Source: Azolla caroliniana
Taxonomy: Eukaryota; Plantae; Polypodiophyta
Length of the DNA: 64,000 nt
Assembly (NCBI GenBank): GCA_043228905.1
Contig: JBHGNT010000003.1
Coordinates: 19,530,001-19,594,000 of the forward strand
Direction of reading: 5' to 3'
The notes beneath the pieces are model-generated. The model saw only the letters and a program-made list of their open reading frames with translations. It was not told the DNA's origin and did no database searches. A program made the position numbers and the translations under genes. Positions within the stretch are counted from its first letter, which is position 1, and every line of letters begins with the position of its first letter. Shown one piece after another: positions 62,001 through 64,000 of this stretch.

Positions 62001-64000
62001 ACCGGCAAGGGACCGGTTAGCACTCGAGGATCCGGCCAAAGACGGTGAAGAAACCGAACCGGCCGAAGAAGACGAAAATGATACCGGAACCGGCCCCGAT
62101 CCCGAAATGGATTCGGATGAAGAAGAATCGGAAGAACCGGTTACCGAAGCTCCGAAACGGAGATACCCTCAAAGAGAGAGAAGGGCCCCCCGGAGATTTC
62201 CGGAACCAGAGCACGTGTTGCTAACCGACGAGGGGGAGCCGGAGAGCTTTGAAGAAGCAAAGCATGACACCCAGAGCCGCAGGTGGTTGAGTGCCATGCA
62301 GGACGAGATGGATTCCCTGCATGAGAACCACACATATGAACTTGTGGAGTTGCCGAAAGGAAAGCGGGCACTTCGAAACAAGTGGGTGTTCAAGCTGAAA
62401 CCGGGAGATGCCGGAAACCCCCCGAGATACAAAGCCAGGATCGTGGTGAAGGGGTTTCAGCAAAAGAAGGGCGTCGACTTCGACGAGATATTTGCCCCGG
62501 TAGTGAAGATGACCTCCATCCGGACGGTGCTGAGCATAGCGGCAAGCATGGACCTCGAGGTAGAACAGATGGACGTGAAGACGGCATTCCTTCACGGTGA
62601 CCTCGATGAAGAGATCTACATGCAGCAACCGGAAGGATTCGAGAAGAAAGGGAAGGAGCACCTGGTATGCCGGTTGAAGAAGAGCCTTTACGGACTGAAG
62701 CAGGCTCCCCGGCAATGGTACCGGAAGTTCGACTCCTTCATGACCGACGAAGGGTACCTCAAAACGCAGTCCGACCACTGCGTGTTTGTGAAGAAGTTCG
62801 AAGGAGGAGTATTAGAAGTTTGTGTACGTGGACGACATGTTGATCGTCGGACGGGACCAGGTCAAGATCCGGATGCTGAAGAAGGCTCTTCACCGAACCT
62901 TCTCAATGAAGGACCTGGGTCCGGCGAGACAAATACTAGGGATGCACATCATCCGGGACCGGAAGAAGAAGCAGTTGTGGCTGTCACAGGAGAAGTACGT
63001 GACGAAGGTGCTTCACCGGTTCAACATGTCGGAAGCAAGACCGGTCGGATCGACCCTCCCGACAAACTGCAAGCTGTCCAGCAAGCAAAGTCCCAAGACA
63101 AAGGCTGAAAAGGAGGATATGATGAAAGTGCCGTATGCCTCAGCCGTCGGGAGCTTGATGTACGCCATGGTGTGTACGAGACCGGACATCGGATATGCAG
63201 TCGGAGTGGTGAGCCGGTACATGAGCAATCCCGGCAAAGAGCATTGGAACGCGGTCAAGTGGATACTCCGATACCTGAAGGGCACGGCAAACGTGTGCCT
63301 CCGATTCGGCTCCGGAAAGCCCAAACTCGATGGCTTTACCGATTCGGATATGTCGGCTGATGCAGATACCAGCCGGTCCACATCAGGGTATGTGATGACG
63401 TATGCAGGGGGAGCTGTTTCATGGCAGTCGAGGCTGCAGAAGACGGTTGCGCTGTCAACCACGGAGGCGGAGTACATGGCGGCTGTTGAAGCCGGCAAGG
63501 AAATAATATGGATGAAGGACTTCATTAGAGAGCTCGGTATCCGGCAGGAGGAGTACCGACTCTACTGCGACAGTCAGAGTGCAATCCACCTTGCAAAGAA
63601 CGCGGCCTATCACTCCCGGACGAAGCACATCCAGCGAAGATATCACTGGATCCGGGAAAGGATAGAAGACAAGGAGTTCGTGCTGACGAAGATCCACACG
63701 GACGAGAACGGGTCGGATATGCTGACCAAGGTGCTCACACCCGACAAGCTGGAAGCATGCCGGAAGAGGATCGGATTGGAGAGACATCCCATGCCGAAGT
63801 GAAGGGGGAGTTTGTTGGGATTTCGGTCCCTTTCGGATGGGATGGTCGGATATCGGAGATGAATGCCGACAAGCCCGGTTTCGGTTTCGGATCCGGATGA
63901 CGAAGACCCCGGTTTCGGTACCGGATGACGAGTGTACCCGGAGAGCGATCCGGATGCAGGGACATATCCGTGAATATGTTCGCTATGGGCCCCTGAGGCT
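59096..64000 (+). mobile_element. Ty1/copia family A copy 2 (3' LTR runs off the window)
   Basis: 5' LTR 59096-59704; PBS TGGTATCAGAGC at 59708; PPT ~63802-63810; 3' LTR from 63813, with 1 mismatch seen in 188 bp. Confidence 0.97.
59734..63802 (+). pseudogene. copia gag-pol with TGA at 60862 and a frameshift at ~62810-62822
   Basis: CFHCGKPGHFRKNC, WVVDSGAS, HTDVC, RT and RNase H motifs across ORFs 59692, 60883 and 62822. Confidence 0.93.

Overview
Repeat-rich nuclear DNA of a land plant, probably a non-seed plant (inferred from the Tcn1-like self-priming chromoviruses and the gag types). Most of the window is nested LTR retrotransposons. Ty1/copia: two families with two copies each, including one intact 1344-aa copy with near-identical LTRs, plus old relics. 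Ty3/gypsy: four chromodomain-bearing elements, a non-chromovirus group (E/F) with an extra 3' coiled-coil ORF, and solo-LTR-like elements. One host gene is evident: a 4-exon, ~501-aa atypical bHLH + ACT-like protein (32561-35971). Most notable: (1) the E/F elements carry an inverted tRNA primer-binding site where the polypurine tract should be, conserved in two diverged families; (2) every chromovirus LTR carries an antisense tRNA-like A-box/B-box cassette in U3; (3) these chromoviruses show 11-12 nt Tf1-type self-priming complementarity, and their LTRs carry heat-shock-element or RY-motif arrays. All coordinates and comparisons were read by eye and may be off by a few bases; no searches were run.
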